A DNA stretch of 10,219 bases from a virus. The notes below the pieces were generated by a model. It searched no databases and was not told the origin of the DNA. It saw nothing but the letters and a program-made list of their open reading frames with translations. Position numbers and translations under genes: made by a program. The DNA lies in UHGV virus genome UHGV-0130837. One strand, 5' to 3'. Shown in pieces: positions 1-7,653 of this stretch (positions are counted from its first letter, which is position 1; each line of letters opens with the position of its first letter).

Positions 1-73
1 GCTGACCACTCGGTGTTCGCGTAGCAATAAAATTTCGGATGGTGATCCGATGCCGCATTGGTCCAATTTTCAT
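1..73 (-). CDS. Head-tail adaptor / head closure protein, N-terminal fragment (gene continues beyond left edge)
   Basis: Minus-strand reading from ATG at 71-73 gives MKIGPMRHRITIRNFIATRTPSGQ..., open to position 1. GGAGGGG Shine-Dalgarno lies 5 nt upstream. It sits immediately downstream of the connector gene, as expected for gene order. Family call is from memory of the RHRITI-type N-terminus; partial. Confidence 0.45.
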   Translation of the reverse strand, partial: MKIGPMRHRITIRNFIATRTPSGQ

Positions 74-85
74 CATCCCCTCCGG

Positions 86-424
86 CTAAACACCCATTTG
101 AATTCGCCAGGGATTCAGCAACCAGCGTGCGGGTCCTGGGATATCAGGACTCAGATCATCCCCGCGGTTTTCATACAACCAGCCCACTATAAGAAGAACC
201 GCGCTCTGAATGGAGGGCGTGATGATAAGCGGACGATCGCCGGCACTTTCATTCTCAACAGCACTATCCAGAGCAGCCTGGTCAGCAAAAAAGCGTCGGT
301 TAAGAAACTGCATAGCAGCATCCTCCGCAGCGGCAAGATACCCCTCCACCATCGTTTTATCGATTTCATCATCCAGTCTGAGATGTTCCATGGCTGTTTC
401 AGTGTTGATTACCGTCATAACCAT
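86..424 (-). CDS. Head-tail connector protein (gp6-like, phage DNA-packaging/head-tail connector family)
   Basis: 112 aa; N-terminus ...TAMEHLRLDDEIDKTMVEGYLAAAEDAAMQFLNRR is characteristic of gp6-like connectors. Start ATG (422-424) overlaps the upstream stop by 1 nt (TAATG). Confidence 0.7.
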   Translation of the reverse strand: MVMTVINTETAMEHLRLDDEIDKTMVEGYLAAAEDAAMQFLNRRFFADQAALDSAVENESAGDRPLIITPSIQSAVLLIVGWLYENRGDDLSPDIPGPARWLLNPWRIQMGV

Positions 425-678
425 TACCCTTTGGTTTCGGGGGCGCGGTTCATTTTGTTATCAGGGACTTCACCAACTATCGTCACCAACCCGTTACCTT
501 TGAGCTCGGCAGCACGTAAGCGAGAGACATGAAAAGGATCATCGGCGGGCGTCCTGAAAATATCGCCATCCATAAAACGCCGGACAGGCTGAACCTGAAT
601 AGTCCCGGCTTCAGTGGGTTCTGGCGCCACATTTTTACCGTCGGATACAGACGGTTCAGCCACATTTTTTCTGGCCAT
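424..678 (-). CDS. Hypothetical small head-module protein (84 aa from ATG; ORF track starts 1 codon earlier at GTG 679-681)
   Basis: GAGGAG Shine-Dalgarno 6 nt upstream of ATG 676-678. Translationally coupled to the connector gene. Pro/Glu-rich N-terminal half. No family recognised. Confidence 0.5.
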   Translation of the reverse strand: MARKNVAEPSVSDGKNVAPEPTEAGTIQVQPVRRFMDGDIFRTPADDPFHVSRLRAAELKGNGLVTIVGEVPDNKMNRAPETKG

Positions 679-690
679 CACAATCTCCTC

Positions 691-716
691 AGAAAGAGAG
701 GGCCGCTAAGCGGCCC
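691..716 (-). terminator. Putative intrinsic terminator after the major capsid gene
   Basis: Perfect 7-bp stem GGGCCGC/GCGGCCC (700-706 with 710-716) and 3-nt loop. On the minus strand it is followed by TCTCTTTCT. It lies 8 nt after the capsid stop. Confidence 0.35.
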
Positions 717-723
717 TGAATTG

Positions 724-1944
724 TCAGCCGCCAGAAGCGGTTACATTACCGGTGATAAATGCTTCCGGACGATAAACTGCTAATGCCAGACGCTCTTCCG
801 CACGGATGGTGACCATATTTTTAATAAAGTCATCTTCGTTCTCAGTGGAGAGCAGCACTTCGATATCCATGCGATCGAAGATTTGCGCAGCCATGTTGAA
901 GGCTCCAGTCAGGAAGTTGTTCTGCGCCATAGCCTGAGTTTCCACAACAGGAAGACCCCAGATACGTGGAACACCACCATTGACCGGCTGCGCAATGATG
1001 TAGCGGCCTTCGTTATCTTTGGTCAACTCGATGCCGGCCCAGTCAATCGGGTTCAGTACAAAACCAGACGCCGGATATTCTGCAAGAACGGCCTGCAGAA
1101 CAGCCAGGCGAAGACGGTCGATCGGCGTGGCGTTGGACAGGGTAAGCGCTGGAGCAAATTCTGTTGCCTGCGGCAGAATACCGAGGATATTCGCGCCGGT
1201 GCCATCGCCGCTCAGCAACTGCTGCTCCTCTTTAAAGCGAAGACCATACTGAGCACGGCCATCGATATAACTGGCCAGACCGGGCGCATCGTCCAGGATC
1301 TGACGGGACGCTTTAAAATAATGCGCAATGGTACGTACCGGCGCACTTTTCAGCTCAAACTTAATTTCTGATTTTGGCTTCAGGACACCTTCCGCCACAG
1401 CTGCAGCATTATTGGTAAATCCCGTTTCCTGAACGAATTCAATACCGTTGGATGCAGTATTACCGGGGATCAGCAGGTTACGGATGGTCAGAGTGCGTTC
1501 CGGCGGGGCGATAATGCCCTGAACACGATCGGATACAACCAGACTGTTTGTTGCGCTCACGCCAGTGCCCGTAGTCGCCGGCACGTTCATAATATCTTTC
1601 TGTTCCAGCTTGACGCGGATGCTCTTACGGGCCGAACTGTCCATGCCTTTGAACTCTTCACTTTCGACCACCAGCTCACCGAGTGATTTTCGCTGTGCAG
1701 GTGCATCGTTCGGGCGGCGTTCACCTTTTTGCTCCAGCTCAGTGAGACGTTCTTTCAGCTCGTTCATCTGATTAATGCTTTCGTCCGTTCTTTGTTTCAG
1801 TTCCAGCGAAACGGTTTCTCCTGCCTCCATTTTTCTCTTCACGTCTTCGCCGAAGTTTTTGACCTGATCAATCACCATGGTGAGCTGGGAGGAGATTTCG
1901 CCAATACTTTGTGGCTGATCGTCAGCCGATTTTTTCTGGTACAT
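724..1944 (-). CDS. Major capsid protein, HK97 fold, with N-terminal delta (scaffolding) domain
   Basis: 406 aa. The N-terminal ~100 aa are charged and coiled-coil-like (ELKQRTDESINQMNELKERLTELEQK). The remainder matches HK97-family capsid proteins (…NPIDWAGIELTKDNEGRYI…). AAGGGA Shine-Dalgarno 5 nt upstream. Directly follows the protease gene. Confidence 0.93.
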   Translation of the reverse strand: MYQKKSADDQPQSIGEISSQLTMVIDQVKNFGEDVKRKMEAGETVSLELKQRTDESINQMNELKERLTELEQKGERRPNDAPAQRKSLGELVVESEEFKGMDSSARKSIRVKLEQKDIMNVPATTGTGVSATNSLVVSDRVQGIIAPPERTLTIRNLLIPGNTASNGIEFVQETGFTNNAAAVAEGVLKPKSEIKFELKSAPVRTIAHYFKASRQILDDAPGLASYIDGRAQYGLRFKEEQQLLSGDGTGANILGILPQATEFAPALTLSNATPIDRLRLAVLQAVLAEYPASGFVLNPIDWAGIELTKDNEGRYIIAQPVNGGVPRIWGLPVVETQAMAQNNFLTGAFNMAAQIFDRMDIEVLLSTENEDDFIKNMVTIRAEERLALAVYRPEAFITGNVTASGG

Positions 1945-1953
1945 ATAAATCCC

Positions 1954-2661
1954 TTAGAGAATTTTTGGGAGAGAAAACTGGCTCAGTTGCTGGCGCATCG
2001 CCGCAATAGCCGCTTTGGTTTCGCCGTCTTCGCCCCCGGACTCACTCCGGTCAAGCAGATAGGACAGTCCGCGGGAGGCGACCGCGGCGGACTGACTTTT
2101 CGAGAAACCTGCCTCTCGCAGGAACTTCTCAAATTCAGGTAAGGAAGGAAGATCACCGTGTGACAGCTTCGACTTAATGACGTCAATACGCGCATCATCA
2201 TTGGCCGGCACGGTAACAATGGAGATTTCAACCAGGTCGAGCTTCGTTAAGGTGCGGATCCGGGTTTTCTCATCGTAATTTGACTCACGGACGTAATAGC
2301 CAATGGAAAGGCCTGTAATGGCACGGGTTTTCATGCCCCGCCAGGCGGTTTTCGCGTAGGCCGCGTCTTCAAGCCACAGGGCCCCTTCACCAAAAAGCCC
2401 ATGTTTATCTTCTTTCAGGGTCGAGATGTCCCAGTTCCCGATGGGTTCGCCGGTGCGATGCTGCCAGAGAACCGGGAACGTTCTCCCCTTCGCCCGTGTT
2501 TCCTCGAGGCTTTCGAGGAACGCACCCGGCGCCACGACTTCGTTGTAACTATCGACAACATCGAATACAGAACCGTATCCAGAAAAAAGGCCGTCATCGT
2601 TGACAGCCTTAATATCGAAGTCGAATGCCTTTACTTTCATGGCTGCGTTTTTCCGGTACAT
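1954..2661 (-). CDS. Prohead maturation protease, HK97 family (peptidase S78/U35-like)
   Basis: 235 aa, placed between portal and capsid. AGGAGA Shine-Dalgarno 8 nt upstream of ATG 2659-2661. An alternative start at 2638-2640 overlaps the portal stop in ATGA fashion. Confidence 0.88.
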   Translation of the reverse strand: MYRKNAAMKVKAFDFDIKAVNDDGLFSGYGSVFDVVDSYNEVVAPGAFLESLEETRAKGRTFPVLWQHRTGEPIGNWDISTLKEDKHGLFGEGALWLEDAAYAKTAWRGMKTRAITGLSIGYYVRESNYDEKTRIRTLTKLDLVEISIVTVPANDDARIDVIKSKLSHGDLPSLPEFEKFLREAGFSKSQSAAVASRGLSYLLDRSESGGEDGETKAAIAAMRQQLSQFSLPKIL

Positions 2662-3956
2662 TCCGGCGTCTCCTCTGATTTAATGCCAAGCCATTCCCGC
2701 AGTGCGTTTTTGGCTGACTCACTGCCGCCGGACTTGCCAAGCTGATCTATCGGCAGCAAGTTGGATTGAACGGTTAGTTGGTCAGCGCCAGGTTTTGGCT
2801 GAAGGTTTTCTTTTTGCCGTGCTTCATTGCGGGTCATCAGACCGTTCTGGGTCATCGTTGAGTAAAAAGCGGCACGGGCGGCGCTGTCGGCACGTAAGAG
2901 ACCTTCGATGGAAAACTCCGCGAAGTACTTATTTCTTTCTCCCGGAGCCAGGAGACTTTTACGAATCGCCTGCTCAATACGGGTCAGCCATGGACGAAGT
3001 GAAAACGTTAAAAAGCCAATCAGCATCTGTTCAACGCCACTTCCCCACATCGTCTGCCCCTGGGCGCTATGTCCAATCAACCCCGGCCATACTCTGAACC
3101 ACCGACAAATCTCTTCGATATTGAATGCTCTGGACTGCAACATCTGGGCGTCTTCCGGGTTGAGGTCAACAGGATGAAACTTCATTCCTGCTTCAAGAAC
3201 CATCATTTTCCCGGTATTCATGGATCCAGAAAATTGTTCAACCATGCTTTCACGTACTTCATTGCGCTGCTCTTTTTTCAGGATCTGATCCATTGAGAGA
3301 ACGCCGCTGGGCCGCATACCGTTTTTAAAAACTTTGGCGCTGGCTTCATCTGTTGCCATTGCCAGACCAAGTGTCTGCCGGGCATAACTGACAGGTGACA
3401 GGCCCATGACACCATTGGTGCTGAACGCACGGATGTGCATGATGTCCCGTTCATTAATGTTTCGGGATGTACCTGAAGGCCAGTCACGGTAGGTATAAAT
3501 AGGATCTCCGCTGCTACTTAAATCAACCTTCATCCTTTCTGGCCTGAGCGGTACAAGCGAGGTAATACGCTTTCCGGTACGGTCGATTTCCGCGTAAGCA
3601 TTCCCCCATAAAAGCAGGCTGGCCATGATCATTTCCCAGAACTCCACAGCGGTCATGTCAGCATTCGGCTGATTATGGAGGAGCTCATAAAGCGGGTGAT
3701 CATTTGCACTCTGGCGACCATCAGCCGTTTTTTCGTAAAAACCTACAGGCAAAGTCGCGATGGTTTCGGATAACAGCCTTACACATGACCACACTGCCGA
3801 TAACTGCAGGGCTTTATCAACCGTAACGGATTTGCCTGCTGCGGACTGCCCACCAGCATAAGCAGCCCATAATTCACCGTCGGTAAGTGAGATGGGTACG
3901 CCGAGCCACCGGCGAACGGCGCTTTTTATCCGGCCTGGCTTCTTCTCTTTATTCAT
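2637..3956 (-). CDS. Portal protein, HK97 family
   Basis: 439 aa, size and position (between terL and protease) typical of HK97-type portals; 2-nt gap to the terL stop. Confidence 0.9.
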   Translation of the reverse strand: MNKEKKPGRIKSAVRRWLGVPISLTDGELWAAYAGGQSAAGKSVTVDKALQLSAVWSCVRLLSETIATLPVGFYEKTADGRQSANDHPLYELLHNQPNADMTAVEFWEMIMASLLLWGNAYAEIDRTGKRITSLVPLRPERMKVDLSSSGDPIYTYRDWPSGTSRNINERDIMHIRAFSTNGVMGLSPVSYARQTLGLAMATDEASAKVFKNGMRPSGVLSMDQILKKEQRNEVRESMVEQFSGSMNTGKMMVLEAGMKFHPVDLNPEDAQMLQSRAFNIEEICRWFRVWPGLIGHSAQGQTMWGSGVEQMLIGFLTFSLRPWLTRIEQAIRKSLLAPGERNKYFAEFSIEGLLRADSAARAAFYSTMTQNGLMTRNEARQKENLQPKPGADQLTVQSNLLPIDQLGKSGGSESAKNALREWLGIKSEETPECTGKTQP

Positions 3957-3962
3957 GGTGAC

Positions 3963-5699
3963 TCACACAATGATGGGATTACTGAAAAAGTCGTCGATAT
4001 CGCCAGAATCATCCTCATAGCCTTCGGAGGCACCGATTGCCATAGCGCCCGCTACAATGCCGTCGATACGCCCGGTACTTTTTTTCTTGGCAAAAATTCG
4101 GTTTTCTTTCTGATCAGCCTCCGTCACTGCTGAAGCCGCATTCCAGCGAAGACAAGGGTTCGTCCTGATGATAATGACACTGTCATCAAGCAACTCTTCA
4201 AACAATTCGATGGAGTGAGGCATCCACAGCCCGGAATCTTTCGCTTTGTAATACCCTTGCCCATGAGGGATTAACGGAACAGAAACAGATGCTTCCTCAA
4301 GCTCCGGCTCAAGATATTTAATGCGATACTGGTCGAAGGCGATGGCCTTGATATCAAACTTCTGAGTCAGATCTGCAATGCGCTGGGCAACAAAGCCGTA
4401 TTTCACTGCTTTGCCAGGTGTGGTGTGGATGTGACCATCTCGCTCCCAGGCGTCATAAGGTACCCGGTCCGTTTTGGCCCGTTCCAGTAACGTATCTTTC
4501 GGGGTCCAGAACTCCACCAGCAACTTACGTTGTTTTGGAAAAAACAACGCCAGTGCCGTCAAATCACGCGATCCGGACAGGTCTAAACCGCCATAGCATT
4601 CCTCACCTTCCAGTTCATCTGGATCAAAGCTCTCCTCACAACCCATCCAGACATCACTGCTCATCCACGGATTAGCCGCGTCAACCCACTGACAGAAGTT
4701 AAGACGTCTGACGATGCTCTCTTTCGATGGCATCCCGCGGGCCTGAGTCACCTGCTCACGAAGATAGCTTTCTTCAAAGGTGTGACCCAGCGAAGGGTTA
4801 GCTTTCTTCCAGCAGGACTCATCCTTGAAAGGATCGTCTCCTTCATCCAGAGAACAAATGAAGGCAAAAAAGCTGTCATCTTCTATCGAACCGGCAGAAA
4901 CCTTTCGGCCGTATTCGTGATAGTCATAGCAGACACTCGTTTTATCGTGCCCACTGTTGGTGATCATGAAAATCAGCGCCTGCCGACGACCTTTGGTACC
5001 GGCACGCATCATTTCAACAACCTGATTGCTTTTATGCTCGTGAACTTCATCAATAAGAGCACAATGCGGTCGCGGGCCGGACTGCCCGTCATCTGAACTG
5101 ATTGGACGAAAGAAGGAACCAGACTGAAGAAAAGCCAGGTTCCATTCCTTCCCGGCACCACCTGATTTCTGAATACGTGCGGAAAGAGCTGGAGACTGAT
5201 CGACCATCGCCACCGCATCACGGAAAAGGACCATTGCCTGGTCTTTCTTCGTGGCAGCGGCATAAACTTCAGCGCGTGCTTCTTTATCCGCAGTGAGACA
5301 GTAAAGCCCTATACCCGCAGACAGAGGGGATTTACCGGATCCCTTCCCGGACTCCACATAGACCATTCGGAACCGGCGAAAACCTCTGGCGTTTTTCCAG
5401 CCAAAAATCGAACCGACGATGAAGCACTGCCATGGCAGCAACACGAAAGGCTCGCCTTCGAAATCACCACCATTGAGCTTCAGAACTTTCGCAAAATAGT
5501 CAATCGAGCGTTGCGCCGCCTCAACATCCCAGTGCAGACCACGGGCATGACATGACTGCAGATCGTTGAGGTGGCGCTGGCATGAGTTACGTATGTCAGG
5601 ACCAGCCAGTTCTTTGCCCGAGGTTACATCCATCGCATATTGGGTTGCTGGATCAACCGAAGAACTTATCGAGCGTGTCCTCTTCGGGGTCTTCGCCAT
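3963..5699 (-). CDS. terL: Terminase large subunit (ATPase plus nuclease)
   Basis: 578 aa. Walker A-like VESGKGSGKS and Asp/Glu-rich C-terminal nuclease region. AGGTG Shine-Dalgarno upstream of ATG 5697-5699. The 5' end overlaps terS by 47 nt. Confidence 0.93.
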   Translation of the reverse strand: MAKTPKRTRSISSSVDPATQYAMDVTSGKELAGPDIRNSCQRHLNDLQSCHARGLHWDVEAAQRSIDYFAKVLKLNGGDFEGEPFVLLPWQCFIVGSIFGWKNARGFRRFRMVYVESGKGSGKSPLSAGIGLYCLTADKEARAEVYAAATKKDQAMVLFRDAVAMVDQSPALSARIQKSGGAGKEWNLAFLQSGSFFRPISSDDGQSGPRPHCALIDEVHEHKSNQVVEMMRAGTKGRRQALIFMITNSGHDKTSVCYDYHEYGRKVSAGSIEDDSFFAFICSLDEGDDPFKDESCWKKANPSLGHTFEESYLREQVTQARGMPSKESIVRRLNFCQWVDAANPWMSSDVWMGCEESFDPDELEGEECYGGLDLSGSRDLTALALFFPKQRKLLVEFWTPKDTLLERAKTDRVPYDAWERDGHIHTTPGKAVKYGFVAQRIADLTQKFDIKAIAFDQYRIKYLEPELEEASVSVPLIPHGQGYYKAKDSGLWMPHSIELFEELLDDSVIIIRTNPCLRWNAASAVTEADQKENRIFAKKKSTGRIDGIVAGAMAIGASEGYEDDSGDIDDFFSNPIIV

Positions 5700-6117
5700 T
5701 CACTTTCACCTTCGTCCTTGCCGCTGGCGTCAGACCGAATTCAACCAGGTAACTTTTAAAACGGCGGTCGGCATCGGCCAGCATCGAAACGGCCGGGTTA
5801 GCTTTGATAAGAAAACCACCCTCGGTCTGGACGGTATAGGTTCTTCCCTCTACTGCGATAGTGTCGCGCAACTGAAGAATATCAGCGTAAATATCGCATA
5901 GCCGTTCAAGGGCTAAGGTGTCGGCAACCGTTAAAACCCCCATCCCGTCAAGGAGAACAGTCAACCTTCCCCAGGCGACCTTTCCCCAGTCGGTCAGGTG
6001 CGCCGGCGGGCTTGGAATTTCTCGCGCCGGAGTCGGTTCTTTATCGTTGAGTTTACGTTTGCCCGGGTTGCCGGAGACCACTTTGAGGTGGGTCGGTTTC
6101 GGGCGTCGTCCTGCCAT
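5653..6117 (-). CDS. terS: Terminase small subunit, P27 family
   Basis: 154 aa. N-terminus MAGRRPKPTHLKVVSGNPGKRK is characteristic of P27-family small terminases. GGGAGG Shine-Dalgarno 5 nt upstream. Immediately upstream of terL. Confidence 0.85.
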   Translation of the reverse strand: MAGRRPKPTHLKVVSGNPGKRKLNDKEPTPAREIPSPPAHLTDWGKVAWGRLTVLLDGMGVLTVADTLALERLCDIYADILQLRDTIAVEGRTYTVQTEGGFLIKANPAVSMLADADRRFKSYLVEFGLTPAARTKVKVNGEDPEEDTLDKFFG

Positions 6118-6234
6118 CGGAACCTCCCGGAAAAAAACTTTTCATTTCGCGGTTGTGCACAAAAAGGAGGGGCGGCGGTCATTTCGGGTCAGACTTCTGA
6201 ACTTTTGACCCGCCCCTCCCCTATGGAATTGACG
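6118..6234. promoter_or_regulatory. Structured HNH-terS intergenic region; candidate cos / packaging-initiation site and/or terminator
   Basis: 10-bp perfect inverted repeat GGAGGGGCGG (6166-6175) / CCGCCCCTCC (6210-6219) encloses a second inverted repeat GGGTCA (6186-6191) / TGACCC (6206-6211) that shares 2 nt with the outer stem. An A5 run lies on the plus side (T5 on the minus strand after the stem). The region sits where cos lies in HK97-like genomes. Confidence 0.3.
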
Positions 6235-6576
6235 TCATCTGAACCAGTGAGAATTTGGATCAAGCGGAATACCGTTTTCATCGCAGCCGATTACGGTGCC
6301 GCGCTTCTCCATTCGCTGCTTCGTTGAGTCATGGTGCTGCTTACACAGCCCTTGCCAGTTCTTCCGGCTCCAGAAAAGCTTTTGCGCTTTCGCTATTGCC
6401 TGGCTGTCACCAGAGCGCAGAGCCTCTTTCAGTTTGTGCGGGATGATGTGGTCAACCACAGTGGCCGCTGTCACCCTGCCTTGCTCCTGGCACATGACGC
6501 ATAAGGGGTGCGCACGAAGGAATATAAGGCGCTCACGGTCCCATTTGCTGCCGTATATGCGCGGTTCTTTGTTCAT
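6235..6576 (-). CDS. HNH endonuclease (packaging-associated)
   Basis: 113 aa with CVMCQEQGR…VDHIIPH…WQGLCKQHH motif (Cys pairs and His typical of the HNH fold). Located directly upstream of terS, as in HK97-like phages. Confidence 0.88.
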   Translation of the reverse strand: MNKEPRIYGSKWDRERLIFLRAHPLCVMCQEQGRVTAATVVDHIIPHKLKEALRSGDSQAIAKAQKLFWSRKNWQGLCKQHHDSTKQRMEKRGTVIGCDENGIPLDPNSHWFR

Positions 6577-6631
6577 GTTATCGCCCCTTGAGCATTATCA
6601 CAGGCACTCAGTGAATGCCTGCTGTAATGCC

Positions 6632-6877
6632 TTAGCTGGACTGTTCAGCGCTAGTATCGAATAGCGGCAGCGCTTCAGTTGCTTCCTGCACTGCTTTCAT
6701 CGTCTTTGCCACCACTTCAGTCTCTGATGTGACACGGCTGTATTGCTGGATGAATAACTGATACTTGAGCGTACTATCCTGAACAAATTCTACAGCGACC
6801 TTTGCAGCGGCAGTGTCTTAGTTCAGGGTGGAAAGTAGGTTAAGACGAATCTGCTGGGCGTCGGTGATTTCGACCAT
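6632..6877 (-). pseudogene. Small ORF interrupted by an in-frame TAA (19 codons, stop, then 61 more codons in the same frame)
   Basis: ATG 6875-6877 with GAGGT Shine-Dalgarno 5 nt upstream gives MVEITDAQQIRLNLLSTLN, then TAA at 6818-6820. The same frame continues DTAAAKVAVEFVQDSTLKYQLFIQQYSRVTSETEVVAKTMKAVQEATEALPLFDTSAEQSS to TAA at 6632-6634. Verified by hand reverse-complementing. Confidence 0.3.
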
Positions 6878-6942
6878 GTCGTACCTCTATGCGATGTGGG
6901 GAGCATTATCGAAGCCATTCGGCAGAATGGCTCCTGTAATGC

Positions 6943-7143
6943 CTACTGTCGTTCCAGGTGTTCGTAACGTGAAATTGTCTTGCCGTTTGCGTTCATCACG
7001 TAGGCAATCTCTCCCTGCTTCAGGAATACGTTCTGGTCCATTCCAGACACCGCGATACTCTGCTGGTTGGGGTTGAAACCAACGCTCAGGCCACAATGGA
7101 TTTCTTCGCCACCATCTGGTGACATCACTTTTACTGTTAACAT
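6943..7143 (-). CDS. Hypothetical small protein (66 aa)
   Basis: Strong Shine-Dalgarno CAGGAG 7 nt upstream of ATG 7141-7143. The translation is protein-like (MLTVKVMSPDGGEEIHCGLSVGFNPNQQ…). No family recognised. Confidence 0.55.
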   Translation of the reverse strand: MLTVKVMSPDGGEEIHCGLSVGFNPNQQSIAVSGMDQNVFLKQGEIAYVMNANGKTISRYEHLERQ

Positions 7144-7163
7144 GCTTCTTCTCCTGCTTCTGG

Positions 7164-7190
7164 TAATAAAAAGCCCCGCTATTGCGAGGC
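7164..7190 (-). terminator. Putative intrinsic terminator (minus strand), 20 nt upstream of the 66-aa gene
   Basis: Minus-strand hairpin GCCTCGC-AATA-GCGGGGC (7 bp, one G-U pair) followed by TTTTTATT. Confidence 0.35.
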
Positions 7191-7278
7191 ATCACGATTA
7201 AAGGCTTCTACAGGGTGGCGGACAACATTTCTCCTCTATACTGTTAAATCGTCGAACTCAACAGAACAGGTAGAAAAT

Positions 7279-7563
7279 ATGATCGATCATTACTACGTAA
7301 CTCACGCTCAAATCCTGGCGCTGAGAAACGTTGTTGCTTTTATCGTGCAAACGATGCCCGAAGAACAAAAAGAAAATGTCCTTCAGGTTTTGAGAAAATT
7401 TGCTGAAATAGAATTAATGGATGGTATCGACACGCCGCCTACGAGTGATATCACCCCGAAAACAGTTGAAAAGTTAAATAAAGCCTACAAGGCAGTCTTC
7501 AATGACATTATCGATCTTTCAACGCCTGGCAGGGAATCTGCTTCAGCAAGCTACCTGCAATAG
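7279..7563 (+). CDS. Hypothetical protein (94 aa), moron-like cargo gene on the opposite strand
   Basis: ATG 7279-7281 with AGGT 7 nt upstream. Candidate -10 TATACT at 7237-7242. Followed by a hairpin terminator. Hand-counted GC of sampled 60-nt lines is about 40%, against about 57% in a capsid line. Mildly acidic, predicted helical, no signal peptide. No family recognised. Confidence 0.6.
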   Translation: MIDHYYVTHAQILALRNVVAFIVQTMPEEQKENVLQVLRKFAEIELMDGIDTPPTSDITPKTVEKLNKAYKAVFNDIIDLSTPGRESASASYLQ

Positions 7564-7585
7564 TTCTCGACCTTATCTCCATGAT

Positions 7586-7617
7586 GGCCAGAACGTTCTT
7601 GTCTGGCCCTTTCTCAA
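7586..7617 (+). terminator. Putative intrinsic terminator for the 7279..7563 gene
   Basis: Stem GGCCAGA (7586-7592) / TCTGGCC (7602-7608), 9-nt loop, followed by CTTTCTCAAGTTTG on the plus strand; no U-tract on the minus side. Confidence 0.4.
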
Positions 7618-7653
7618 GTTTGCTCAGTCGAAATTCAATATTCTTTGCCTTGA

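Noticed and set aside
50-532. 160-aa plus-strand ORF
   Set aside because: Antisense to the connector and the small head ORF; low-complexity, junk-like translation; no RBS context.
883-2142. Plus-strand ORFs 883..1371, 1019..1252, 1565..1771, 1729..2142
   Set aside because: Lie antisense within the well-supported capsid and protease genes; Arg/Ser/Cys-rich translations typical of shadow frames.
1983-2597. Minus-strand ORFs 1983..2231 and 2415..2597
   Set aside because: Alternative frames inside the protease gene; no independent support.
2401-3487. ORFs 2401..2745, 2702..3097, 2908..3177, 3069..3296 (plus) and 3278..3487 (minus)
   Set aside because: Shadow ORFs overlapping the portal gene.
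5631-5633. Alternative terL start at Met23
   Set aside because: No Shine-Dalgarno upstream, whereas ATG 5697-5699 has AGGTG at good spacing. The 47-nt overlap with terS is acceptable for phage operons.
4418-5901. ORFs 4418..4675, 4782..5096, 5102..5296, 5566..5901 (plus) and 5009..5263 (minus)
   Set aside because: Shadow ORFs overlapping terL and terS.
5918-6664. ORFs 5918..6208, 5998..6327, 6255..6446, 6296..6664 (plus) and 5994..6182 (minus)
   Set aside because: Overlap terS, HNH or the structured intergenic region; translations are Arg/Ala-rich and non-protein-like.
6828-7195. ORFs 6828..7076 (plus) and 6887..7195 (minus, 102 aa)
   Set aside because: The minus ORF runs through the terminator hairpin, is Trp/Arg-rich, and is out of frame with the better-supported 66-aa gene 6943..7143. 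The plus ORF is antisense with no RBS.
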